Below, one piece after another: positions 35,273-52,280 of a stretch of DNA of 64,000 nucleotides. The translations under genes were made by a program, and so were the position numbers. Origin of the DNA: Bugula neritina (taxonomy: Eukaryota > Animalia > Bryozoa); contig OZ037772.1 of the NCBI GenBank assembly GCA_964035545.1, positions 10,166,818 to 10,230,817 on the forward strand. Direction: 5' to 3'. Position 1 is the first letter of the stretch. Every line of letters starts with the position of its first letter. Below the pieces are notes generated by a model. The model was not told where the DNA came from and ran no database searches. It saw nothing but the letters and a program-made list of their open reading frames with translations.

Positions 35273-35669
35273 CTTGGATGCACTATCCCACTGCTGCCAC
35301 CACTGTTGTAATCTTCAGATTTAGGGTTGATATGCTATCCAGAGAGTCTATTTATCTAGTATAGAACTGCACCAGGCTAAGTCGAGTGAACGAGTATATT
35401 TTATACACAATGATACATTACAAAAACACGATACATTATTTCTAACAGGTTACACATCTAATCTATTTCACACTCTAGCTTCGACTGAGTTAGCAGCGGG
35501 AAACTACAATTGCTGCTAACTATCAACTACGCTAATTGGCTATCCATTGTTCCGGGTCAATTACGCGACCCTACATGTTGTGCTGCTGGTAGTTCCACGA
35601 ACCACCACACCAGTAATAGTAAAAGTAGAAGTTGAATATCAATAATATGGTAAATTAAAATTGGCTCAC

Positions 35670-35850
35670 CAAAAAAGTGTTCGCTGAGTGACTCAGGTTC
35701 TTCAATTCTAATAGTAATTGTGTCCAATCGAATGGATATGATTGACCTACTTCTAGTTCTACTCAAAACTGCTTTGCAAGCTGCTGCGAGGAAGTTGAAA
35801 ATGAAACTGCGCTACATATGAGTAATAGAAATTTCACTAGTTGGAAATTT
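35670..35850 (-). promoter_or_regulatory. Putative TRIM first exon/promoter, copy 2
   Basis: Homologous to copy 1; GAAAATGAAACT at 35797-35808; the first kB-like site is degenerate. Confidence 0.4.
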
Positions 35851-36800
35851 TGCGTACTATAGATAAAGTCTGCACAACAGACGGTACTGAATAAGTTGTT
35901 TACTTGGAGTAATTCCGATGTTACATTAGCCGAAAACTGTAATACATTTGACGCAATGGCGATGTGAAGAGGGGATTACTCTTACACTACAATTCTTTCT
36001 CAATAGCAATATAATAACTATTATCCATCAGTTATTAAAAGGTGATGGTTACACATTTCTTTATTCAAAATCTTAAGCATCCGTAAAAATTGTTTATTAG
36101 ATTGCATTGGCAGCTGTATATCCTAAGAGGAGTAAAATGTTTGGCCAAAAAAGTCACAAATCTGTGCATTAACCATCTAACACTGACCTGCACCTTTCTC
36201 TATTACTACGAGTACTATGAGTTATACTATATTATAGACTTGAAATAAATTGTAGAGTGAGTGGATTCGGTAAATCATTTTCTTTAATTGGCTTTGCATT
36301 TTATATGCCAAATATTTTCCTGCTTAGTCACATCAAATGATATAGTATGACTATAATGAGTAGCATGTAATGGCGAAGTTATATAGAAGCTTATAAGATT
36401 TATAAACAGGTATTTTATAGTTGTGTATTTTACTTTTTATATCGAAAGCATATCATGTAACCTGCCAGTATATTAACATATCCCAATCGTTGTCACATAC
36501 TGGAGACCATTATAAACCACGACTAATAAAATGAAACTTGCTTATCATTGTCATTTGTCATCATTGACCTAGTTTAAATACAAACCAATCAGAATTGATT
36601 TAAATACTGAGATTTATTTACAATAATACAGAAGTCATAAACTCTAAATAATAAAAACTATAGTAGGCTATATAATATAACTATAATAAATTATTCAGCA
36701 CTTTGACACAATGTCCGCTGTGACTTAGTGCACTCTGTTTATCACACTGACTAGGTTGAGACGGGTACAAGTTACTCGTACAGTACAATACTAGATAGCC

Positions 36801-38537
36801 TCAGCTCCCCTTGGCTACTTTCTTCAACTGGTGCCACCACTCCAAACTCTTATTGTTGGTATTGAGAGAATGCTGAAGCTCTCTCCAATGTTCAGCTCCT
36901 CTCTTGTCACCGTCTGCACTGATGTACACTCTACCAACCACCTGTCAAGTAATGTCAGTGTGTGTTTATAGTGTGTGAGCAGGTGCCCAGCAGGTACCAT
37001 GGATAGAGTTGACAGAACATCTGATGATTATTAGAAACTGAGCAAATTGTGACTAAATTACTGAGCATTTTTGTTCAAGATATTAATTATGACGAAATTT
37101 TTTTTTCCATGTTTACCAAAATTTTGATGAAGATAAAATTTAAACACTAATTATTTTTAAAGTATATTCTTAGATAAAAGGCAACCGACCATAGCAATAT
37201 AACTCAAGTGTTCAAGTGAGTCTAAATGACTTAAACTCAGCCTTAACATAGCTCGAGTTTCCAGGTTATGCTATAGAAATGTTGATATATGAAATAATAT
37301 CTACAGAACAGCGGAACCCCTTGGTAGACGCCCTCACCTCATAACTACTGATTTTCACTTTACACAAGTCTACGACTATACTCATATCAGCTAAGTTCAC
37401 GTGTTGAGGCAGAGCTAGAACTATCTCCTGGTTGAAGAGTGGATTAGTAGTCACTTTGATGTTATCTATAGTACGTTTCTTCTTCAACTTCTTCCCATCC
37501 TCTAGCACCGTCACTCTTACCGTTAGGCCTGAAATATTTTTAAAAATTAAGAGTTTGAGTATCTGATAATTATAAAATATATCATATTCCTATAAAATAT
37601 ATTATATCTCTAACAGGAATTGGTCCCCACCAGGAGTCGCACCACAGACTTCCGGCTTACAAGTAAGCACGCTACCATTGCACCACATGGGCTCTCTTTC
37701 ATTTTTTTTTATATGCGATCCTTTCAAAATTAAACCCTTTTAACATATGAAAACAATTTCAAAATCTGACTATTAGGCCTGGAATATATTATAAAACTCT
37801 AAAAGTTTAATTATCCAATAATTACAAAATATACATCACTCTCTTTTACATGCACTTTAGTAAAAATTATATATTTTTCACATTAACACAGCTTTTAAAG
37901 CGTCAACTATCTTTGAAGTTGCTTACCCAGTACTGCGATTTCGTCTTCTATGTGTAAATCTTTTGCTTTAGCAAAGAAAAAAGTGAGCGTAAGATTATCT
38001 TTAGACTTTGTGCTCTTCACGGAGAACAGCAGCTCTCCGACATAATTCTAAAGGATAATTTGTAAAACATATACAATATTATAAATAAATAAATAAATAG
38101 AGTCCTGTACACATATACACTTTGCAGCTCGCAGCATTTATTAAATATTTATGTTTTTTTGCATACATTGTAAACGTATTTTATATATAGCTACATAGAA
38201 TCGTATTAATGCATGATGAATGCAATACACACAGGTGCATTACACATGCATAATGTAAATACTATAATATTAAATGTTATATTCATTATTATATGTAGTT
38301 TTATTTTACTTAGAATACTGTATTCACTGTGTACTGTGATTCTTAAATAATGAAATATACTCACCTCTTCATGGTCATGTGACTCAGGTAGACATCTGTC
38401 AATGTGTTTCTCTACGTATAATGACTCATCATGTGGTAGACTATTTAAACGCAGTTGGACAACTCCAACCTTCTCCGTCTTCACAAACTGATCGTAGTCA
38501 TACAGGTGACGTAACAAATGTTTCCCTGAGAGATCGT
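36801..38537 (-). pseudogene. Synaptotagmin-like 3' half, copy 2
   Basis: Same four exons as copy 1 (ORFs 38206-38517 and 37266-37514); 5' part of the gene absent. Confidence 0.8.
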
Positions 38538-38676
38538 CTAATTAAATACAGAACACCAGAATATTGTTGTGATTCTAGTAATAATACAGTCGAGTGATAA
38601 AAACACTCATTTCACAAGCATGTAACAGAAACAAAAATCGACATAATAGGTGGGATGATAAACACCGAATACAGTG

Positions 38677-39139
38677 TACTACTGTACTTACTTAGTAAAT
38701 ACTATACCACTGTACTTACTTAGTAAATACTATACCACTGTACTTACTTAGTAAATGCTATACCACTGTACTTACTTAGTAAATACTATACCACTGTACT
38801 TACTTAGTAAATACTATACCACTGTACTTACTTAGTAAATACTATACCACTGTACTTACTCAGTAAATACTATACCACTGTACTTACTTAGTAAATACTA
38901 TACCATTGTACTTACTTAGTAAATACTATACCACTGTACTTACTCAGTAAATACTATACCATTGTACTTACTGAGTAAATACTATACCATTGTACTTACT
39001 TAGCAAATACAATACCACTGTACTTACTTAGTAAATACTATATCACTGTACTTACTTAGTATATACTATACCACTGTACTTACTTAGTAAATACTATACC
39101 ACTGTACTTACTTAGTATATACTATACCACTGTACTTAC
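38677..39139. repeat. 28-bp minisatellite, ~16.5 units
   Basis: Same unit as 11172-11326. Confidence 0.92.
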
Positions 39140-42130
<2,991 letters not shown>

Positions 42131-43470
42131 CTTTGTTAAATGTACGAATTTGATAAGCTGTAGTAGCCCTCGCTTGAGAAAAACTCTACCCCTACAGATT
42201 GTGAAACTGGCTTAGGTAAATATTTAGAGGCAACTTTAGGCTATTTAGCGTACATTAGGGTCGTTTTTAACACCAGTATATCATCAAATAGCCGATGTTT
42301 TCAAAGACGCAAACGGTTTTGCGTTATGTAATACACGGATTTAGATAGAGCATAACTCCTTCTTATTTGCGCAGGGGCGAGTTAAATGGTGCACTAGCTT
42401 CGGTGTGATGTAAGATTATCCCAATAAACTAAAACTTCTTATAGTTGTAATTATATTTCAATGATTATACCCTTTGAAGAGCATTCTCCGTAATGATCAT
42501 AGATCAATAAACACACTAGAATTTCAGATTAAAATAATAATAGCCATAGCTATAATAGTTTAAGAATTATACTAAAAAGCAAGTTTATGGTAGGTTTAAT
42601 ATTTGGTGTGATTTTTTATCAGCAACCAGAGAAAGTTGATAAAATACATCCAGCTGAATTTGTAGCCCAAGTTTAATTAATGAAGGATGTCATTAACCCC
42701 TTGAGATCTCCAATCTCAATTCAAAAAGAAACATTATTATACAAAATTCATAAATATATGTGTAACTAAATGGTGTAAATTAACAAAACTATGGATATAT
42801 ACATAAAAAATACAATATATTCAAATTGGAAATGCATAGTTTACAAAAAATAGACCAAACATCTGTATCATATGCAATGCGCTAGAAATGAAAAATTAAG
42901 AAAATGTTATGTAAGTAATGAGAGACTGCACAATATTCTGTTAGAAGCATGTAAATTATAGTCCGATTTCCAAGTCAACTAATGAGTAGGAAATTAAAAT
43001 GAGCAGTAATTCTATAGTGAAGGGACAGGTTCAGTCTATGATCTAACCAGGGATAGTTTCTAGAGAAGAGAATTTTTCTAGCATGCCTAAAAATAGTACA
43101 TGAAAGCTACAATAATGATTATACAGTGAACAACATAAGCTAATTTACATAAACCAGACTTTGGTGTGCAGAAAAAATAACAGTGAAACTATATACTACG
43201 TATACCCCATAATCTACGTCTTATATTTGTTCTTGATTGAAATAATATAGACTCAAAGCAAAGTATAAGCTGCACAGCATAAATTATCTGACATAATATA
43301 TAATATGTCTACTATACGCTACACTGCACTGCTACATGCACTGCACTATACTACATGCACTGCACTGCACTACATGCACTGCACTGCACTACACTACACT
43401 ACATGCCCTGCCCTGCACTGCACCGGCAGGATACTATCTTATATACTATAATGCACTTACGCCTATCAAT

Positions 43471-43548
43471 TTCTATCAGCTGAAGTGCCATGAAACTGAA
43501 CTAATAGGGTCAGTAATTGCTGTGGGAGATACGGAGTCCTACTTCATG
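43471..43548 (+). pseudogene. Inverted relic of a TRIM terminal exon and 3' UTR
   Basis: TTCTATCAGCTGAAGTG...TGAACTAATAGGGTCAGTAA resembles the TRIM end FYQLK* plus UTR (reverse complement of 2850-2937). Confidence 0.65.
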
Positions 43549-43616
43549 TTTGTATTGTACTTGTTGACTGTACTTAGTAGTTCCTTCTCGCTTTATCATT
43601 ATCATTCTGCTACATT

Positions 43617-43723
<107 letters not shown>

Positions 43724-43773
43724 AATAGGTATACGAGAAACATTGTTGATTTATTACTTTATTAGGTAAAGTA

Positions 43774-43822
43774 ATTACACTGATATTTCGGGTACCACTG
43801 TACCCATCTTCAGAGTAGCAAT
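43774..43822 (-). ncRNA. Minimal hammerhead ribozyme motif (pLTR copy)
   Basis: Reverse complement of 45232-45280. Confidence 0.8.
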
Positions 43823-43852
43823 GAATCTATATAATTAAATTGCTCTTTTCCT

Positions 43853-43929
<77 letters not shown>

Positions 43930-43973
43930 GTATACGAGAAACATTGTTACTTATTATTTTATTAGGTAAAGTA

Positions 43974-44022
43974 ATTACACTGATATTTCGGGTACCACTG
44001 TACCCATCTTCAGAGTAGCAAT
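43974..44022 (-). ncRNA. Minimal hammerhead ribozyme motif (pLTR copy)
   Basis: Reverse complement of 45232-45280. Confidence 0.8.
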
Positions 44023-45231
44023 GAATGAAATTCAAAAATTATTATGTTACGTTAGACGTTATGCATGACACAAAGAATAGAGAGTGACAGTTATTGTAAA
44101 TTATTGAAACTTAAAGGAGATAATCTTATTTTATATATTACGCAGGTCAAAAATTATACTGATTTTTTTGCATAAAAAATAAATTAGAGTTGACAAAAAA
44201 AATAGATATCCAAATATAAAAACAGCAATAATTAGTGAAACTATGTGAGAGTTGAGTAGCGTGGAGCTATTGATAGAGTTTTAGTGGTATGGAGTAATTT
44301 TGTTTATTGAGTTGCGGTTTTATTTGTTTAATGTAGAGAGCTTCGGCTACTTTTTGATGGTGGATTCCTTTAAATGAATGATTTAAAACTGTTACATTGT
44401 CTATTGATATGTTTCCATGATTAGTGGTAGAGATGTGTTGATAAATTTTGGAATTGATGTCATTGCAGTACGTTCATGTATCCTGTGTGATAGGCGACGT
44501 CCGGTTTCGCCTACATATATGTTTGTTGACAGGTAGCTTCAGGGCAGGTTATTTTATAGACTAGGTTGTGAATGTGTTCTTTATTGGTTTTATCTTTGAG
44601 ATTAAAATGTGAACTTAAGGGGGTTCCTTTAAATAAAATACGGGCATTGAGTTCATTTGAAAAAGAGTCTGTAATTAATTTATTGAGGGAGCGGATTAGT
44701 TTTTCTCCTGTTACTCCTTTATAAGGCAGCTGAAGTAAAATGTGTTTCCTGTTGTCTTTTTCACTCAGTAGTCGGTCACCAATGTTGTTAATAGTTTTCT
44801 CTATTACATATTTAGGGTAACCATTTTTATGTTCAAAAACATTTCGAATATAGTTTAGTTCTTGGGTCTTAAGTGCTGGAGTAGAACAGATTTTATTAGC
44901 CCTTAATACTAGTGACTTGAGTGTGCTTAGCTTCCACGTTTTTAGTGAGAAAGAGTTCCAATGTAAGTATGTATCGTTATGTGTTGGTTTGCGGAATACT
45001 GTGGTTTCCACTGAGCTATTGTGTCGCAAAACAGTAACATCCAGAAAAGAAAGTGATTTATTGGTTTCTAGTTCGTGAGTAAATTTTATGTTAGGATGAA
45101 AATTATTAAGTGTGTTGAGTGTTGTGTTAATATACTCAGGGTCTATTGTTGCAAATGTGTCATCTATGTATCTCTATTCTTTGTGTCATGCATAACGTCT
45201 AACGTAACATAATAATTTTTGAATTTCATTC

Positions 45232-45280
45232 ATTGCTACTCTGAAGATGGGTACAGTGGTACCCGAAATATCAGTGTAAT
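45232..45280 (+). ncRNA. Minimal hammerhead ribozyme motif (inverted pLTR)
   Basis: ATTGCTACT-CTGAAGA-T-GGGTAC-AGTG-GTACCC-GAAA-TA-TC-AGTGTAAT: CUGANGA and GAAA cores, 6-bp stem II, stem I closure, AUC cleavage triplet. Confidence 0.8.
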
Positions 45281-45358
45281 TACTTTACCTAATAAAGTAA
45301 TAAATAACAATGTTTCTCGTATACCTATTTATAATCAAATTGCTACCTCGTAAAGATA

Positions 45359-45468
<110 letters not shown>

Positions 45469-46066
45469 TATATATATATATAATGTGATAATAATGAATA
45501 AAATACAGTGCTTGTAAAACTTTAGCGCATCACATGGTTACAGTCTGTCTGTAGTCCACTGCAAAGCAAAAACATGCTGATGCAGAGGGGGGTACTTGAC
45601 ATAGTTGACTGAATAAAGAGTTTTGGTGTACTGGGAAGGTAACTCCTTATGTATGACTCAACATGATGTGTTCTACAAAACACAGCAGAGATGTCTAGTA
45701 TATAGTATATAATATATCTGCCATGTTATAATAATATAATACTATATATGAGACGTTAGTATACATCGTATGCAAATTGTAAACAGCTGCTTTATAATTT
45801 AACTATTGATTGATAACTAATCAGGGGAGATAACTGGTAATAATGTGCACACTACTAGGTAACCAACAATATTATTATAATACTATAGAGAGTCATAATA
45901 TTTCTATGCAATAAAATGCAATTCAACACACAATATTATACAACAAGATGCAATGTAAAACTACTCAATACAAAGCAGCATTAGCAAGATGAATTAGTAA
46001 GGCACTCAGTACCTCTCACAACATTTACTGACCTTTATTAGAGTATCCCAGACATTTAGTTCACCT

Positions 46067-49000
46067 TCACTTCAGCTGGTAGAACTTGACTTGTCCATTA
46101 GAAGACCAATCTGAAACTACCAGAGTAGAGCCAGTGAGGTGTAGATCATGTATGGAACTGTTTTCAGTAGATATCCTGGTTAGTAACTTGCCTACCAAGA
46201 AAAACAGCATGATGTTCTTTTTTTAAGACTCAAAGATAATATAAAGAGAGTGCAGTTTATTTGCAGCAAATAACTATAAATATGAATGAACTCATTTCAT
46301 CAAATTATAACACATATATTTCATACACTATATGTATTCTACACAGTAACTAACCTGTATGTAATGATAGTACACAGACTGTGTTACGTACAGCATCATC
46401 AGCCACAAGTACAAACTCATCTCTATAGCAGGTCACTCCACAAGGTTTAGCCACATCCTTACACTGCCAGATGATGTCACCTGATGAGGTGTCTACTTTG
46501 TATACTAGAGATGAGTGACGCTGAGATATAATAATTGAGTTATTATCTGTAGCAGACAGACGTACAGAGGTATCAGCGAGTAGAGGACAGGGTAGAGTGT
46601 TTACTACCTCCCCATTCAGAGAGTAGAATACTAGAGTTTTATTCAGCCTGTCAGGAATAGCTATCTGATTGTTTATAATGGCAAGCTGATTTATCCACAA
46701 GAGTTTATTATCTGTATGAGTCCAGCTGGTGATGGACCTCCCTTCAAGGTCATGAACTCTTACAGTTGAATCAAAAGACAGAGTATATATCCTATCATTA
46801 TGTACTGAGATACTCATCACATGACCACCTTTAATAGAGATGAACGATTTAGTTACTTTGTTGTTCTCATCTATCCTGTCTACACCTCTACCACACCCAG
46901 CATATGTAACACCTCTATAGGTGTAAACAGAATAGCAGTCTGGAGAAACTTTAACAGAGTTTATTAGTTCTACAGACTTGAGTGGTGGAGGTGAGACAAC
47001 CAGTCCTCGTTCAGGAGTTATCCTTGCTCTCTTTTCATTGGTCAATTCAATCTCTGTATCTCTTTTCTCTTCTGTAATAAAATATTGACATGCATGACAT
47101 GGTAATATAATATAAAACACGGCTGATACATCAGAAAAACTAGCAGATATGTACACATACAGGTATATATTGGTGCATCACTACACAAACAGCAGTGCTA
47201 TAGCAGCACTGCAATGACCGTGCACTTTTCATTTAAAAAATTATTATTACAATTTTGCTTTCCGTACCAGATTATTTTTATGGGAATCAACTATTAAAAA
47301 AATTTAAAAAATCAGCAGCTCCCTTCATGTCAACAAAATATTAAAGTCAATTCTAATGATATTCTATTTAGTTTGTTTGTTTGTTTGTTTGTTTGGTTTA
47401 TTTCATCAAAGGTATTTAATAACACAAGGACATTAGAAAATGCCAAGGAGGCGATGATGAGGCCCATTGCGCTATAGCCTAGCTAGTCATGCGCGGGCCA
47501 ACACGAGCTGACAGCGACTCTATCCAGAAAAATACAAAAAAAATACAACTATTCTAACAGATAAAGCCTCAACTTCCTCCCAAATTCATTAGGGTTGCTA
47601 ATTGACCGTAAAGGGATTGGCAGTTCATTCCATAGTGCCACCTCCTGATAACAGTTTCTTCTGTGACCTGCTGCTGTTTGAGAGTGAGGAAGGGGGAGAT
47701 TTATGAATGATTGACGTGTATTGATAGAGTGAGTGGGAAAAAAATTGTCAGAGTAGAAAAAAGAATGAGCTTTCTTTAACACTTTAAAACGGTAAATCTG
47801 GTATATTGAGAGAACTTTATGCTTAGTAAATAGAGGCGCTGATGGATGGTCAAACGGTTTTTTGTTCATGATACGCATTACCTTTTTTTGAAAAATAAAA
47901 ATCTTGTTTAGATGGGTATTAGCTGCATTTCCCCAGGCCTCTGCACAATAATTTAACTTGGAATTGATGAAAGAATTATATATCAAAAGTAAAATTTTTT
48001 GAGGGAGATATTCAGAACATCGGTATATTAATCCACTAAGTGGTCGTAATTTTGTAAGTAGGTTTGAGATGTGCAAGCTCCAATTTAAATTTTTATCTAT
48101 TTGTACACCTAGAAAAGTTATGCTGTTAGAGTAATTTATAGGTCTTTTATTTAATAATATACAGTTTTCTAGAATTTGAAAAGGATTTTGGTAGTTTTTT
48201 AAAACAATATAGTTGCATTTTTCATAGTTTATAGTGAGTTTGTTTTTATTGCACCAAATTGACAGAGAGTTTAGATCTTGATTTATAGCTTCCAAATGGG
48301 AGTTCAAATCTTTTGATTCAAAAAATAAATTAGTGTCGTCGGCATAGAAAATGGGATTAAAAAGTTTAAATTGTTGAGCAAGATCGTTTATATATATCAA
48401 AAATAAGGTAGGGCCCAAGACAGATCCCTATATTAAATTAGGTTATGTTCATCAAAAACTTGTATTAGTATTCTCCAAGAGTAAGCACAGCTATTGCACA
48501 AGTGTGTAAATCTATAGAATAGTTGAGAGAAGCTTACAGATTGGGGGAGATGTAGGCCACTTCCTCCTCAGTGTAAATTAAATACTAAAGATTCCCACTA
48601 ACATTATTTACTTCAAAACTTGGTGTAATAGTATTTTGTAGGTATGTAGTGTGGCAATAGTATATAAACCCAGTTTTGGAAAATATCATTATATAGTAAT
48701 GCTTTCATCATGTTAAATTAAACTATTATATATAATGTATTTTTATAAGACAAATATATAAAGTGAAATACTAGTCAAACGCGCTAACTCCTAAACTGAG
48801 GCTGCTCCTAAAAATATATGTCCTCGCTTAGGGCATATTTCTGAGAGCAGCCGGAGTCTATGAGTTAGATCGATTGCTCAGTAAGCACAAAGTCAAGGAT
48901 TCGAGCCCGGACAAAGGCTATTGGTGATGTTAGAAAGAGCATCCAGTCATAATTGCTCCTGTGCCTCATTTAAATAAGTCTTTAGCCCTCTTTAACAAAA

Positions 49001-52000
49001 ACCTCAGGGGTTTCTCACAGAGATGGTGACTATAGACTTGCAAGAGTTTTTTTATATTGAGTGAAATACCAAACGAGGAAAATGAAAATGAAAATGTAAC
49101 AATTAGCAACATATAGCTTACATACATAATATACCTGAAATCTAAAGGTCAAAATATACTTCCGTGATGATGTTATTTAAATACGACAAGACATAACAAA
49201 ATGTCATAAAATGACCATTTATTATAGTTCTATTCAATATGTTGTTTTAAATAATTTTGCATGGAAAACATATAAAACCAACCTTTGATTTTAACTGATG
49301 TTACAAAATCAAAATCCATCAACTTAGGAATCTCTTCTGTCAACAGTCTATCAATCTCCTTCTTCATATCACGATATGACTTGATGATGTCAACCTAACA
49401 ATATTAAATATACAGACAATGCGACACTGTGTAGCAGGTGCTTGGGAGTTGTTTGCTTATATTATCGAGCATGTCAGGGTTGAGTATGGACAATGAGATC
49501 AACAACAATGCTACATTTGACACTAACAAAACCATCTAAAACAGCAGTGCAATGCAAAACGTTGAAGGATAGAGATTGCAATGCAGTATAAGGGAAACAT
49601 ACTTCTACAAACTAATGGGTAAAGTTTAAGATAATAAACTGTACCCTAAGAAAGCACAGATTTCAAAATTGACAGTGTGCTATATGGTATTAAATACAGC
49701 ACCCTAATACAGTATTATAAAAAATAGTATATTGTGAAGTGCCCTATACGATTATACACTATACTGTATCATATGGTATTAACTATTATACTGCAGCATC
49801 CTACAGTAGTTTACAGTATTCTATGGTATTATACAGTAACGTATAGTATTATATAATGTCCTATAGGACTATATATAGTACTATATACAGTATCCTATGA
49901 TATTATAAGTATTAATTATGGTATTATTGTATTATACAGTATCCTACGGTATTATAATACAGTGTCATATAGCGTTATAGTACCGGGTGTCAAACCTTTT
50001 CAGACCGAGGGCAAATGAAGTGAAATATTCTAATGACAACTACCAGTCTGTTAAACTTAGCTTGAAATGTGAAAACGGTGACAGTATTTTTTTAATTGCT
50101 TCATTCAAAATTCTTATAAATCGTTACACAATGAAGTCCTATTAACTAATACAGGCTGTATGTTTTAGCAATGTATACAAAAAGGCATTTAATTAAGGGT
50201 GTTTTTCCACTTTAATTAGCATATCTGAGCAAAAAACTTTGCTTTATGTCTTTGAGGGTGGCATAAATGTTGGACAGCCCTATATTATAGTAGTCCCATT
50301 ATTGGTCATTACCTGATCCATTTTCTACTTATATAATCTTTAGATGTTATTTACAGATAGAGAAACAAGAAATATAGAAACTATATAAAGACACTGAAAT
50401 ATTGCATAAAACTGCTACAGATCATAACATCTACTATCCATACTCTACAACTAACCTCATGACTTTGGTCTAACTTAGCCTCTATTCCTTCTCTGTGATT
50501 ATACAGCTCACAGTATCTAGCCCCCACTTCCTCTACCATGAAATTCACTGCTCGACTCTCAGTCTTTTCTCTCTTCTCCACCAGTTCTTTCTCCAGTTTG
50601 TCATACTTCTGTTGAATAGCTGCTATCTAAATACATTCACATTAAATGTTAGACAAGTTAGAATAGTTTGAAGAGTGTCTGAGTGTATAACCATCTTGCA
50701 TCTATCAAAAAGTAGCTTATCTCAGATGATTATAAAAAAGTTATAAACAAACTCTCACAATTTCTATATATGATCTTTATAATTATTAAATTTAAAAACC
50801 ATGTAATAATCACCTGATCATCACGCTGTTTCCATAGCATCCCCAGTAACTTTTTGGTTTCAGTTCGAAACTCATCAATGCTTGCAGCTATCTCTTTGTA
50901 ATAACCAGATAACTTGTCTTCTCTTGTCTTTAACTTTGTGACTTCCACCAGTTGCATTGTTAAATCTTTCAATGTCAAGAGTGTATGCTGTGATGTACCT
51001 GATGTAATATATACAAAGTAATGTATAAGCTGTTGTGTACCTGAATCATGTAATATATATAGCAAGTAAACAGAAGAATAGACACTTACCATCATCACAT
51101 ACCCCAGCTGTAGGTACACACTGAGTACAGAGTAGTTTGAGACAGACTTTACAACCCAAAGTATACTCTACATCTGCATGTGTCTCACACATTTTCTTCT
51201 TTAACTTAGCAGCACGAGTTTTATATTCTGTCATATTAATTCTAGAATGTTCTTCAGACACAATATCATGATCCTAAGATAAATATATACAAAAGAGTTT
51301 GTGGCTTAATAATAATAGTATATCTAAGATTGCATATATACAATATAATGGTCCTAATGTCATGATCGTATAATGCCTAAAGTATATATGCAGTAGAATA
51401 CAACTTAATAACATTTAAAGATATATTGTACAATCTATTACAATAAAAGCATGAATGTAAGAAATCAATCTTGAGAGTTGTGTCTCTTGGTCATAACTTT
51501 TATCTAATGTATAATAAACTACAGCATGCTGATCGATAAATGTTTGGAGGTAAAGATGCAAAACCAATTCATGTGAGCAAATGAGTGAAAACAAGTGAAA
51601 CTAAATGAATGTTTTCGATTGATGAATCAAATCAAATATTGTAAATAATTTGTTGCAAAGCTGATTAAATTATTTCTCTGCAAAGTATCACCAAAATCTC
51701 AAGCTTTCAGTTTCAAAATATCACATGTAAAGATATACACAGATGACACTAAAAATAGTGTTAACTTACAATGACATGTTTAGCACAGTACAGTTTGGAA
51801 CAAACTAAACAATACATCAGAGCAGGTGTGTTATTCACTCCTGACTTTGTACAGACTTCACAGAGTATAGACTTATCTATCTGTTTCATCTGGTCTGCTG
51901 TTGGTAACTTATCAGGTGTTGTATTGAACACTTGTCTGTAACATAAATGATACATTTATTGTTGATAGATCATCAATTAGTTTTATCTTAGAGAACATTT

Positions 52001-52280
52001 ATCAATCAACGCTCATAGTATAATTTGCTCTGTTGCACCTTGTGATATTATATTAACTGTAACATATACTAGACAGCAGACGTAGCGAAAACCACATAGC
52101 AAATACTTTGACATAAACTTACCGACATATTCCACATTTAAGAGCATTTAGCCTTCCATAGAATTCATTCAAACACTTGTCACAGTGTGGGTGAGTACAA
52201 GGCAGTGCCTTAATTTCCTCTAACTTGAGTTTAGATAAACAAATAGTACATCTCACCATTTGTTGTGGTTTAGAAGCCAT
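46067..52280 (-). CDS. TRIM-like RBCC-NHL protein, copy 3, intact (~605 aa, putative E3 ubiquitin ligase)
   Basis: Exons 52280-52123, 51935-51770, 51273-51090, 50998-50814, 50626-50456, 49394-49283, 47071-46355 and 46191-46067. All are GT-AG and phase-consistent, totalling 1818 nt and ending FYQLK*. Confidence 0.9.
47372..48428 (-). mobile_element. 5'-truncated CR1/L2-group LINE in intron 6 of TRIM copy 3
   Basis: Open RT C-terminal ORF 47549-48418 (GSVLGPTLFLIYINDL, YADD, FLGV); AATAAA plus (CAAA)n tail. Absent in copies 1 and 2. Confidence 0.92.
48870..49050 (+). mobile_element. tRNA-derived SINE (same family), preceded by a short hairpin at 48780-48870
   Basis: Box B-like GGATTCGAGCCC; shares gacaaaggc.attgg.gatgttag.aagagcatccagtcataa with 19905-19950. 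Confidence 0.65.

Larger units (their letters stand above)
28108..35609 (-). mobile_element. Full-length Ty3/Gypsy LTR retrotransposon (~7.5 kb)
   Basis: 306-bp TG...CA LTRs at 28108-28413 and 35304-35609 (one mismatch seen by eye). PBS TGGTGGCAGCAGTGGGAT (tRNA-Leu-like) at ~35285-35302; G-rich PPT at ~28414-28425. Domain order gag-PR-RT-RH-IN. Absent from copies 1 and 3. Confidence 0.97.

Noticed and set aside
38677-39139. CRISPR-like appearance of the 28-bp repeats
   Set aside because: Head-to-tail repeats with no unique spacers, no cas genes, and a eukaryotic intron context.
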